DNA of 62,857 nucleotides, counting the filler, from Squatina squatina (taxonomy: Eukaryota), in NCBI GenBank assembly GCA_031763465.1. It is 4 parts of 4 records of this genome, joined end to end, with 100 filler letters (N's around TTAATTAATTAA, not from the genome) between each part and the next. Parts side by side here need not be neighbours in the genome. Positions count along the whole stretch, not along the records: positions 36,196 to 48,315 come from JARFOE010000016.1; positions 48,416 to 62,857 come from JARFOE010000192.1; 2 more parts are not named here. One strand, written 5' to 3'. The translations under genes and the position numbers were made by a program. Below the pieces are notes generated by a model that was given only the letters and a program-made list of their open reading frames with translations, did not search any database and was not told the DNA's origin. Numbering within the stretch: the first letter of the stretch is position 1; each line of letters begins with the position of its first letter. Below, piece by piece: positions 38,726-51,120 of this stretch.

Positions 38726-41700
38726 TAAAGTTTCATCCCTGGTCCATTTTGAGAGTTAGCTGGTTAGGTCCCACAATTGGTCTTAGTGCCCTTGGGTTAA
38801 AGAGAAAAAAATTGCCAATGATTCTTAATCAATATTCAGTGCCTATGCTGGAAATGCGCATATCAATATCAGGTGAGGACAGGATTAAGTTCAGCTGCAA
38901 TTCCCCACTCTCCATATTGTGTGAGAGCATCGACATTCACCATCGATGCTCACACACACTTGGACAAGGTACAAAAGCGTGGGCAGAAGTAGAACCCCAT
39001 CTCAAAAGGATTCAATGCCTTCAGGAAAGGAGAGGAAAAATACCAGCTTCATTACTGTTGCCTCCACAAATAAGGTACTAAGTATCTTGGTTGTAATTTA
39101 TTATGTAAGGTGAAAAAACCCAAACTTAAATCCATTTACTTTTTATTTTCTGAAAATTGAAATGCAGTGCTTTCCTTTCCACAAATCAACAAAAGCATTA
39201 CTGGAGTTTTAGCCATTGTCCTTGGATTTTATCTAACATACAACACAGTAAGTGGCTAGAACATTAACGTCAGACTTCTGAAATGAGATTTTGATTTGTT
39301 AGGCTCCTGGCAATTACTTGCAGTTGTATGCATCCATTTACAAAAGCACGAGTAACAAGTTGGCTCACCAGCATGTTACACTGATCTGCTGCAGCAAGAA
39401 GCTGTCACAGAAAATAGACTATACGATAGTGAAGAGTGAAAAATCTTTCTNNNNNNNNNNCAACACCCCCACCCCTTGCAAGACCTGGGTCAGAATGATA
39501 CGTGGTCTGCAACATAGCTCTTTCTCTAAATTACTATAATACAAGGGCCTCTGACAAAATAATGGCAGAAACACATTTACAGTAACAGGAGTGTCATATC
39601 TGGCATACAATTAAATAAATTATTGAACACTCAAATAAAGCTCCAGTAATCACACCATTGTCTGCATCTTTATATTACTGTAGAACCTTTTTTGTACATT
39701 CATAGAAACTCTGCAGCAAACACAAATTGCAGAACCGTGGGGTCCTCTGCACACTAAAGTGGTCTTCCCTGCTTTACATTCACACAAGAGAGGAATGCGT
39801 CTCTGATGTACTTTGTACTCACATAAGTAATGAAAGAGGTAAGAACAAGTATTACATTGCATCTACTCCTTGGGTTTGTAAAAGAGTGATGATTTTTACA
39901 CATCATTTGCTTCACAACAAATGGCATCAGCCATGCAGAAAATTTAGGCGTTCGTTTTCATTTGGTACTTGCAAACTGCAGTGGAGTGAACCAAAATATA
40001 GAACTGAGTAAAACATTTTCAGATCCAAACTCAGTCTACCTCAATGCTACAAAATATAGACATTAGCTACTACCATATTGGTATAAATGGGATTGGAGTA
40101 CAACAGTACAGCAAAATATTAAGCTATAAGAGCAAAAGAAAAGCAGTTTTAACAATGGTAATCATCATTTGGGCCAAGACATCTCTNNNNNNNNNNNNNN
40201 NNNNNNNNNNNNNNNNNNNNNNNNNNNNNNNNNNNNNNNNNNNNNNNNNNNNNNNNNNNNNNNNNNNNNNNNNNNNNNNNNNNNNNTTCTGCATAGTCAG
40301 CACCAGTACGATTTCAGCAGACATGCTTACATCAGACAAATAAGACATCCATTTTTAATACCTCTGCAGCTAGTGTGTAATCATGTCACTGCTCAAAATA
40401 CTAAATGGAATATTACCTGGGTGGTGGTGAACTCGTTTAACTACAAGCCGACCTACCTCGACAAAGCTTTTATTCGACAAATAAGGTTGGCTTAAATAGA
40501 TATAGTTGATTTGTTACCAACCATATTCAATAAAAAATATTCTGCTATATGCTTGAGAACAGGTAGTTATCTCAAGTATTATTAGTACATAGTTTTTAAC
40601 AACTACTCTCTGATTTTTTTTTTTTTAGCTCCTACCCATAGATTAGAGGGACAAGGAAATAAAAAGGCAGTGTAGTTTTAAGACCATCATGTACCATGAC
40701 AACTTTATATAGTAATGTATCCTCACAACATATCCAGTGGGTGCAATTTCTCGTCGACACTAGCCAGGAGCTGCACTACAGCTGACAGCTACTTAATTTT
40801 CCACTTGCCATTTGTGAAAAAGTGGCCTACCACCATTTCCTGATCTCCCCAACTCAGAAAGAAACTGTTACGATAAGTCAGGGAATGGGGACAGCTGGCA
40901 GAATTACTTGCCACATAACAAAAAATAATAATGAGAAATGGTTAAGTTTGTACAAGCACTGGCTAAGAAAAGGCAGCCAGGAACTGGTTTTACTTACAAC
41001 AAAAAAAGTTCTCTCAGCCAAGATGTTCTGTCCTCACTGATTCAAAGTTATAAATTCCAGTTGTGCATAGTCCCAAACAATATGGATGAAGACACCCCAG
41101 CTACTTCCTGCATTTTCCTTATCTTCTTCAATGACCAAAGAAATTGGTCACTACAGCATGCACTCTGCTTATCGANNNNNNNNNNNNNNNNNNNNNNNNN
41201 NNNNNNNNNNNNNNNNNNNNNNNNNNNNNNNNNNNNNNNNNNNNNNNNNNNNNNNNNNNNNNNNNNNNNNNNNNNATGCATAAGCACTTTACAAAATGTT
41301 GGCTCTGGCACATCACAAGGAATCAATAATTTTGCTATTTGAATGCTCAGTTTATTAGTTTGGAATGAAAATTCTACAAGCCATGGTTTCATAATGCTTA
41401 TTATTCCACTTGTCAATATTCCAGTTCACCATTAAGTATTTCCATATATATCAAGTTACCAAACAATTTCAATAGACATCCTGCCTAAGATAAATTAGTG
41501 GTTCAATCTGTGAAACACACTTTTTTGATTTTCAAGATAGATCCACGCTTCTGAGCTTCATAGGATAATGTGATTGGTATTTGGTACCTTATATATCAAC
41601 AGTTAAGTGGAAAAGTGAAAATATTTTCTACCCAAGGCCTTGAAATTATTCTCCACAAATATTAGCGTCTGCGTAACATAGCTGTATGTAGTTCCTTCAA

Positions 41701-42529
41701 CAGCTATTTTAATAGAAATATAAACCATTCATTTTAATCCTGCAAATGGGACTTGTAATGACTTTTACATCCAATTCTGACTAAGCCCCCTTAGTATTTT
41801 GCCTGCAGCAAATACCCATTGGCCTTTAAATAGCTGGCATGGCACATAGATGGCACCTATTTTATAGCTTGCCTCTTTCAATCAATGGTGACTTACATTG
41901 GTATAGGTACTATTCACTCAAAAGCTACTGACAAACTTTCAGCCCTTAAATACCGTTCAAGTGTCTGATACTGCTTCAACAGCTAGTTAGGATGACTCCT
42001 TGCAGCCACACAAACATTGGCTGCAAAAAAAATGCATGACCACTACTGAAACAGATTATACTGGAAATGGTACATGCAAAAGTAAGTAGATAAAGGGTTG
42101 TGATTGTAGTCGTGGTAAATTCTATTAGTATTCGGGTCAGCAGACATTTCACATACTCAGAAGGATTTATAGTCCATGATGTAAACAATACAGATACGTT
42201 AAGAATAAAAGAACATGGACTGTGACATAAATGTCTCTACAGGCACACAATTCTAATGCTACTGGAAAATATATTAAATAGAGCATACCGAAGGAAGAGA
42301 GAGAAAATATTGTGCATCCTAATTTTGCAAAGTTGTAAGATTTGGACTGGACTCTGGATTCCCTTGTTGGCAATTCAGAATTTTGAGAAATTATTAACCA
42401 AACAGAAAGAGGAATATAAAATAGAAGAAACAAAAAGGGACTGCAATTACCCGACTTATTTGTTACCATAACTAATCATTCAATTACCAAATCGCCAAAT
42501 ACATTCCAGGTATGAAGGTGTTGTGATAG

Positions 42530-42780
42530 GTATCAGCCGTGGCTCAGTGGGTATCACTCTCACCTCTGAATCAGAAGATTGTGGGTTCAAGTCCCACTCC
42601 AGAGACTTGAGTACAAATCTAGGCTGACACTTCAATGCAGTACCGAGGGAGTGAACTTCCTTTGGACGAGACGTTAGCCGAGGCCCCGCCTGTTCTCTCT
42701 GATGGACGTAAAAGATCTCATGGCACTATTTGAAGAGGAGCAGGGGAGTTTACCCCAGTGTCCTCAATTCATCCCTCAAC
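42530..42780 (+). mobile_element. tRNA-derived Deu-domain SINE (SacSINE1-like), 5' part, cut by a gap
   Basis: A box TGGCTCAGTGG and B box GGTTCAAGTCC, then ggacgtaaaagatctcatggcactatttgaagaggagcaggggagtt. Confidence 0.8.
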
Positions 42781-43924
42781 NNNNNNNNNNNNNNNNNNNN
42801 NNNNNNNNNNNNNNNNNNNNNNNNNNNNNNNNNNNNNNNNNNNNNNNNNNNNNNNNNNNNNNNNNNNNNNNNNNNNNNNNCAACTGAAACGGAGAGACTT
42901 GTGTGATGAGGCTCCCTAGAAATACTGCATTTGATGTCTGGATTGCAAACCAAGTAGTCATCATTATCCTACAAGCCCACCTCCAAAGGGTTGGGGGTAG
43001 GGGGGTGGAAAGAGTTGTTTGCAAAATATCAAAAAATGTGCATCGTTGGATCTGCTTAAGACAAGCAAGAAACATATGCGCTTCCCACAGCAAAGATTTT
43101 GAAGTCTCAGCCTTCCCTTTTTCAGTTGCTGTAGCATTAGTTTCCTGGTCTGTGAATTAAATGTTGAATATCATCAAGCAAATTACATTTCTGCAACCTC
43201 TATATCTTATTATAGTAGCATTAATGTTAATAAAACATGAAGTAGATGAACTTACTGATATTCACAAATGTCGTTGTATTCCCCCCAGAGATGCCCGAAA
43301 CGTCTGCGTATATTGCAATTGCGATAACTAATTTATGCATCAATGCAGCAAGAATTTAGAATTCCTCTTGAATCGTATTCCAGCAATATATACTTTATTA
43401 CACAATGAAACACTTTAACAATAATTAGATTTAAAAGATTTGGCTCAGCTCGTACCATTCACTGTTTAACTGTGGCACCAGCATTTTCCTCGAAGGTGGC
43501 CCAGACCATTACTTCGATTTGTACTGCTCTCCTTTTTAAGAGTGCATCAATAAAATTTCATGCTAATTTTTGTGAACAATACAGGTAAGCCAGCTGCAAC
43601 AGAAATTTTTTTTTTTAAATATAACAATTCAAAGCAACCGATCAGCCAAAACTAAATTCAGAACTGCTGCTGGAGAATTAATTGTGTAGAATATTCGACT
43701 GTGCCCCATTTTCACCTAATCACATGGGCACAATTAGGAGGTGAAATTGGTCAGGGGCCTTCATGATCATTAAATAGGCTGCCAGCATGACTCATGCTAT
43801 TGATTTTGTAACTCGGCTAATTGAGGAGCACGGGGAATATCAGACATCCAACATTATTTAAAAGCAGCCTGCACCTTTTAAAGGGGAGGTGCACTTGGGC
43901 TACAGGCAACCAGAAGGCAGCGTC

Positions 43925-44255
43925 TTTTTTTTTTAATTCATTCATAGGATGTGGGCATCAGTGGCAAGGCCAGCATTTATTGCCCAGCCCCAATTGCCCT
44001 TGAGCAGGAGGTGGTGAGCTGCCTTCTTGAACTGCTGCAGTCCAGGAGGTGAAGGTACTCCCACAGTGCTATTAGGTAGGGAGTTCCAGGATTTTAACCC
44101 AGCGACGGTGAACAGCGATATATTTCCAAGTCTGGAAGGAAACCTGGAGGTGGTGGTGCTCCCAGAAGCCAGTTGCCTTTGTCCTTCGAGGTGGTAGAGG
44201 TCGTGGATTTGGCAGATGCAGTCGAAGAAGCCTTGACCAGTTTGAACATGGCAGG
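43925..44255 (-). mobile_element. CR1-clade LINE 3' end
   Basis: Minus strand ends QFKKAAHHLLLKGN followed by aataaatgctggcc and an A-rich tail. Confidence 0.7.
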
Positions 44256-44478
44256 TAAAGTAGAAGCTTCAAGAGACACCCCACTTCTCGAATGCAGTAC
44301 TGGAGGTCTTGGTGGAGGAGGACACTCCTCTTCCTAGCAGGTGGCAGGAAGGTATCCCAAGAAACTGGTGGACAGCAGTGAACACGGGTGGCAGAGAAGG
44401 TCAATCGCTCCCAAGATATGGATGCAATGCAGGAAAAAGTTTCATGATCTGACCAAGGTTGCAAAGGGAAGATTGCTG

Positions 44479-45835
44479 CAACAACAACTTGCATTTATAT
44501 AGCACCTTTAATGTAGTGAAATGTCCCAAGGCACTTCACAGGAGCATTATCAAACAAAATTTTACAGAGCCAGGAGATATTAGAGCAGATGAACAAAGAC
44601 TTGGTTATAAAGAGGTAGGTTTAAGGAATGTCTTAAAGGAGGAGAGGTGGGTAGAGAGGCGGAGAGGTTTAGGGATGGCATTCCAGAGCTGAGGGCCATG
44701 GCAGCTGAAGGCACAGCTGCCAATGGTAGAGCAATTAAATCAGGGGGCCGCAAGAAGCTAGAATTGGAAGAGCAGAGAGCTCTCAAAGGGATGTAGGGCT
44801 GGAGAAGGTTACAGAGGTAGGGAGGGGCGAGGCCATGGAGAGATTTGAAAACAAGGATGAACATTTTAAAATTGAGGTATTGCCGAATTGGGATCCAATA
44901 ATGTAGGTCAGCGAGCACAGGGGTGATGGATGAACGGGACTCGGTGCAATTTAGGATGCGGGCAGCAGAATTTTGGATGAGTTCAAGTTTACTGAGGGTG
45001 GAAGACAGGAGGCCGGCCAGGAGAATCTTGGAATGGACATGTGTGGAGGTAACAAAGACGTGGATAAGGCTTTCAGCTGTATATGAGCTGAGGCAGGGGC
45101 AGAGGCAGGGGCAAAGTCAGGCAATGTTAGAGGTGGAGGTAGGTGGTCTTGGTGATGGTGTGGATATGTGGTCAAAAGCTCATTTTGGGGTGATATGCAA
45201 CATCAAGATTGCAAATGGCCTGGTTCAGCCTAAGACAGTTGCCAGGCAGTGGGATAGAGTTTCTGGCTAGGGAACCAAAGACAGTAACGTCGATCTTTCC
45301 AATATTTAGTTGGGAGGAAATTTCTGCTCATCCAGCACTGGATGTCAGACAAGCAGTGAGACAAATTAGAGACGATGGAGGTGTCAAGTGAGGTGGTGGT
45401 GAGGTAGAGTTGGATGCCATCAACGTACATGTGGAACCTGATGTTGTGGCCGAGGGCCAAATGTAAATGAGAAATAGCAGGGGGTCAATGATAGATGTTT
45501 GAGGGACTCGAGATGGCATGGGAGCACAAAGTGAAGCCATTGCAAGTGAATCTCTGGCTACGATGGATAAGAATGGAACTAGGCAAGTGTAGTCCCACCC
45601 AGCTGGACAACGGAGGAGAGGAGCTGGAGGAGGATGGTGTGGTCAACCATGTCAAAATCTGCAGACAGGTCGAGAAGGATGAGGAGGGATAGTTTACCAC
45701 GGTCACAGTCACATAGGATGTCATTTTTGGCTTTGAAAAGAGCCTTTTCAGTGCTGTGGCTTGGCGGAAGCTTGAGTGGAGGATTCAAATATGGAGTTCC
45801 AGGAAAGATGGGTACAGATTTGGAAAGCAACAGCA
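44479..45835 (-). mobile_element. L2 LINE, 5'-truncated, with reverse transcriptase remnant
   Basis: Frameshifted RT motifs HSTEKAL...[32 protein letters not shown] and LADLHYW; (CAA)n tail at 44479. Confidence 0.9.
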
Positions 45836-48315
45836 CCTTCATGGACTCATACCTAGCATTACTCTCTGCATAACCTGGCACTACCTCAACCTCCAGNNNN
45901 NNNNNNNNNNNNNNNNNNNNNNNNNNNNNNNNNNNNNNNNNNNNNNNNNNNNNNNNNNNNNNNNNNNNNNNNNNNNNNNNNNNNNNNNNNNNNNNNAATG
46001 GCGGAGCAGCTCGAGGTGCCGAATGGCCTACTCCTGTTCCTACTTCTTATGGTCTTATGGTCGTGTGGTCTTATGAACATTCAGGGAACAGAACACTGCC
46101 TGTTATGAAACATGGCAGGTTCTTGACAAGGACAACACTGGGCAGTGTGTGTGCAGTCAATGACTCTTGGCACCTGGGGAAACCCAGCAATGCAGGCAAA
46201 TTCAAGACCTCTCTCTCAAGACCTCAAGACCTGATCAGCAGCCTGTGAAGGTGATGTTTTGCTGTCTCACTTGTGAAGAAAGCATCCATCACCTACCTGT
46301 TTGATGGCCATATGGACAGCAATTTGATTGGTGTTACAGCCTGGAATAAGCCTGTGACATAGAGGTTGAGGGCCACCATAAGCTTCACAGCCACAGGCAG
46401 TGCTGTGTGTGCCCTGGTGTTTGGCTCCAATTCCTGCTGCGACAGGTGACATAGGTCAGTGAGAGCCTGCCTGCTGAAGTGTAGCCTCCTTATTCACTGC
46501 TCCTCTGTCATGCTGAGGTAAGACATCCTGTTCCTGAAGACTCACCTTCTTTGCTCGTGCCTCCTTCACCATCTTCTTTGAGCCTCCACAGGTCTGTGCT
46601 GCCTTGCTTGTGTCCACTATAGCCTCAACGGCAAGCCCAGGAACATCTCCATTTTTTCCAGTACTCCTGCATCCACTGAAGTGACAGGAATGCAGTCAAA
46701 AAGTCAGCTCTCCAACAGCTGTTTTGTATGAAAGACTTTCCAAAACTCAGCCAAAGGAGCCAGACATTAATTTCCCCAAAAGGATCCTAATATAAGCGCA
46801 GGACCCCTCAGGCAGCCACTAGGGACATCGAAGGAGCATCTTAACCAACATGGCGGCGGCCCCCGCATTGTGTGTTCACTTCTGGCGCAGGACGTCCCGC
46901 CGTGAATTTGGCAAGTCAAACGCCGATTTTGCATCCAAAAACTTGGCAAAACTCAATCGAATTTCAACCCCATTGCATAAGCATGATAGGACATGGTTTA
47001 ATTTCATTACTGATAAAACCTGCGGCTTTTAAGTCTGCTATTCAGTGCTAATGTACAGCATGGAAAAGTACAAGTTGTATTCTACTGGTTCTAAAATCAA
47101 AACCAGATCTTAACCTGTGATGTAAAAAGTGAAGTTTTATACAGTATATTCTTTTGGTTCAAGCAAAAATATAAATCTCAAGACGATTCAATTACAATTA
47201 TTGCACTGGCACTGTCCAAATAATATCAACCAAAATTACAAAAGAAAACCTTTGTAGAAGAAAACCAGAATTATTTCAATGGTTTTAAACACTTGACCTT
47301 GCTAACCCACAGCACCCTGTACCAATTGTACGACACAATGATCATGTTTACTCTGGCCGAGTATTCGAATGTGTTCTACAGGCTACAATCGTTCATGCTT
47401 TTTGAACACATATCCAATTTTATGGTAAGTGAGCAACATCTAATAATTGGAAATCTCAAAGCATTAAGGACTTCAAGCCTTAATTTACTGATAAATAATG
47501 GACATTGGACCAATGTCAATCAAAAGGATTAACATATTTGTGACTCATTACTATCAACTTAATTCTTTCTGCCATTAACTTTTTTTTTAAATAGCCTTAC
47601 AGTTTTGAATCTGTGAACAGATCTTGTTAAATAATTTACATCGGATCTAATAACTTTGGGATTGGTAAATAGCATGTTGCTAATTTGTTTTAAAATGCTG
47701 TCAACTGTTTGATTTAAATCGAAATGTTTAACTTGGAAGTTAGTCAATTCTATTACACTCAAGTTGTAAAAGGGTATATTAACTTATTGTTTGCTACAGG
47801 AAGTTAACTTGCTGAAGGCAGACTTGAGGTTCTAAATATAAAACCCTTTAAGATAATTTGAAGGTGCAGTAACGATGTAACATTTTTCTTTATATCTAAC
47901 CTCTGTTGTGTTTCTTTACTAGAGATTCCTTCATCAGTATATTGTCCACGCATAGTGAAGTGGGTATGCCTACTAATATGGTCGTGAACATTGCATGATT
48001 CAGCATGTTTCATCAAAAATCATTTTGTCGCAAATGGCCTTATCCAACCAATTTGCTGTTCGTCCAAAGATGGTGGTTACTTAGATGAAAGCAACTTGCA
48101 TAAATGGACGTAACAACATAAGAAGTAGGAGCAGGAGTGGGCCATACGGCCCTTCAAGCTTGCTCCGCCATTCAATAAGATCATGTCTGATCTTCTACCT
48201 CAGCTCCATCTTCCAGCATTATCTCAACATCCCTTGATTCCCTTCGTATCCAAAAACCTATCGATCTCTATCTTGAATATACTTAACAACTGAGCATCCA
48301 CAGCCCTGTAAGGTA

Positions 48316-48415
48316 NNNNNNNNNNNNNNNNNNNNNNNNNNNNNNNNNNNNNNNNNNNNTTAATTAATTAANNNNNNNNNNNNNNNNNNNNNNNNNNNNN
48401 NNNNNNNNNNNNNNN
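48316..48415. other. Artificial scaffold-joining linker
   Basis: Identical 44N-TTAATTAATTAA-44N layout, motif at 48360-48371. Confidence 0.95.
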
Positions 48416-50764
48416 TGAATGGCGGTGCAGGCTCGAAGGGCCGAATGGCCTACTCCTGCACCTATTTTCTATGTTTCTATGTTTCTATATTATTTTTCAG
48501 GGTGCAGGGAAACAGTATTATCTTGGCAAAGAATACAATTCATATTTTTTTGAGAGTTATAGGCTCTAAAATCGTAAGTTTCGTCTGCGTGAACTCTTAT
48601 TACTGATTTTATTCCTCGAAACCACCCCTGTAAACCATCAGTAACTGTTTCTGTAATGATATAGGTCTGGACATTACATAATAGAATTAAGAGCTTTTAA
48701 AGCCCCACAATAATACCTCTTAGTATGTTGCAGTCAAATAAATTAACAGTGACTCTTTTGTTTACTTTGCCACAAAGGTGCTACTACAGTTTTAAAATGG
48801 TGCCACAAAGTTTGCAAGTATTAGTCTAAGGTAATGTAAAAGCAAAAATTAGTGTTGTATAATTATTGTTAGTAAATTGTGCAGCTTTATTTGTACGTGT
48901 TATTCATTGCTTAGTTTTTAGGTGTTCCAATGATCAAATGGTCAGTACATTGTACAGTAAACCCAGAAAAATCCAGTTTCAATTCCCCAATTTATGCTGA
49001 GTTAGGTGACGTTATTGGAAGTTCAATTGACCACAGTGTCCCTGGGCAAAGGAGGAGAAAAAAGATCTTCCTGGGCTTCCACTTCTATCTAGTGACTCAT
49101 ACTACAAAGTGCACATGCATGGACATGAGTTGAGCACATGATCAGCCTCAGCTGTGGTACATCCCCACCATGGTTAACTGTATAACAACATTTATATTTT
49201 AGGATCACATATGAAAAATGGCCAGTTCGGTGAGCTCCTGGAGTACTGCCATCATTTATGGAACCACATTTTAATATGATTCAATTCCTTAAGGAAATGA
49301 ATGGAGGGGAAATACAGAGGGAAAGCAATTAGCCATGAAAAAATATTTCTTTCAATGGGCAATAATCAGGCAGCAACCAATATATGACCATTGTTGTCCC
49401 ATATTTAAGTTCTAAGCTACAAATGAGTCTATAAATAGTATTCTGAGTACCTTTTCTCAGTATATAACACTATATGGTCATAGAGCAACTGGCAAGTACA
49501 AAATAACATGATTTTTTTGTTGTTGTCTTTCTGTTTTTAATTGTGCATGTTAAATATAAGTGACTTGAAGTACAGTCAAACCTCATTATTATAAACTCCT
49601 GCTGATTGGCAAAGGGGTTTTTTCTTGTCAAGGTCTGAAGTACTCCCCTGATTATAATAATGGAGCTTCAAATAGAACCAGGGAAAGTTTGCCACAGCAA
49701 GGGGTATATATATCACAGTTTATAATAACGTTTCTGTTCAAGTGCAAATTACTTAGTGATCAATCCGATACAGCTAAAGTGCTTGCATTGATCAAAATAG
49801 TGATAGGCTCTTAATCCATAATGAAAGAGATCAGAACTAAATTGCAACATTTCCATTTGATCAAATTGAATTTTGATTTACAGTGACTTNNNNNNNNNNN
49901 NNNNNNNNNNNNNNNNNNNNNNNNNNNNNNNNNNNNNNNNNNNNNNNNNNNNNNNNNNNNNNNNNNNNNNNNNNNNNNNNNNNNNNNNNCCTCAGCACGG
50001 CATTGGTACCACCCCGACAATGAAGGGGAGAGACGGAGACAGCACTCCACTTCATTTCCAGGGCGGTAAGGGCAATTTTACATTGGAGGCAGGACTTCTG
50101 GGCCGGACGCTAAAACTCCGGCCCCGGAGAGTTCCCACCCCAAATGGGAGTGAGGGGCAATTTCGTCCCATACTCTTTACTTCCAACATTTTCTGCTTTT
50201 ATTTTAGCTTCTTACTGTGCCTCTGAGTGTGAATGTTGATCAAAATTTAAAATCTGATCACAGTTTAGAACAATGTGTAATGAAATTCTGGAGGCATATA
50301 AATAGAAGTTTAATTGGCATTGCATAAAGCTCTGGTGAAGTCACATGTAGAGTACCATGTCCAGTTTTCATCAAGATACTTAAGAAATGCTATAAGTAAT
50401 GCAGAAAGGATTCAAAGTAGGGCAACAATGATGATCTCAGGTTTTAATACATTGAGCTATGAAGATAAGTATTAAACGCTAAAACCCTCAGCATAGTGCT
50501 TCAATGGCAGAATGACTTTGGTGGTTAAAATTAAATTTAAATATAAAGTTAAAAGTCTGAAATTACTGTAGCAATATTAGCAGATAAATTCAATGCTAAT
50601 TTGATGATTGTTGGTCTGCTAATTTAATGAAGACATTAACCTATTTAAAATAAATTGATTAATTCCTTTGTTAAAATAATGGACATCATAAAAATGCATT
50701 AAGCTCTATCACCATCAATAATTTCCAAGCTATAATGCTGAATATTATAATGGTGATTTGAAGG

Positions 50765-51120
50765 AGTATCAGGGATAGAAACCAATATTTTCATCTCTGG
50801 GACCTTGGTTTGAATCCAGCCTAGGCAGATGGAATGAAAATATCTCCTCTCTGCTGAATATCAGGGCCCAATGTAAAATGAGTGTTGGTAATCTCATTTC
50901 TTAAGCAATGTGGGCCCACAGTACAGGGTGCAAATTGTATTAGTCAATCTTGGAGAACCCCGAAGGATGGCTGGTGTGAAAATAGACATGTTTACTGTGC
51001 TGCAGTCGGGATTATTTTTCTTAGGTTGGGGTTAAGATTGTTGAGACAGCATAGAAGGTGTTTCATTCTGCGTCTGGTACATGCCAGACTTTACCTGGAA
51101 GTGCTTGATGCTGACACATG
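50765..51120 (+). mobile_element. LF-SINE-like ancient SINE
   Basis: ttttcatctctgggaccttggtttgaatccagcctagg (B-box region), atgtaaaatgagtgttggtaatctca and aggttggggttaag resemble the recalled LF-SINE consensus in the same order. Confidence 0.45.

Larger units (their letters stand above)
43737..46971. mobile_element. Decayed Harbinger transposon (Myb/SANT relic on +, transposase relic on -) with nested retroposons
   Basis: Imperfect TIRs GGAGGTGAAATTGG and reverse complement GGGGTTGAAATTCG. Plus strand 44272-44470 gives FSNAVLEVLVEE...WMQCRKKFHDLTKVAK. Minus strand 46140-46545 gives SYLSMTEEQ*IRRLHFSRQ...ALPVAVKLMVALNLY...IAGFPR...VIDCTH. A gap at 45897-45996 lies inside. Confidence 0.65.

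Noticed and set aside
42535-42605. tRNA gene
   Set aside because: The A and B boxes run straight into a Deu-SINE body, so this is a SINE head.
48116-48490. Apparent inverted repeat around the gap
   Set aside because: Two independent CR1 tails at scaffold ends, juxtaposed by the artificial linker.
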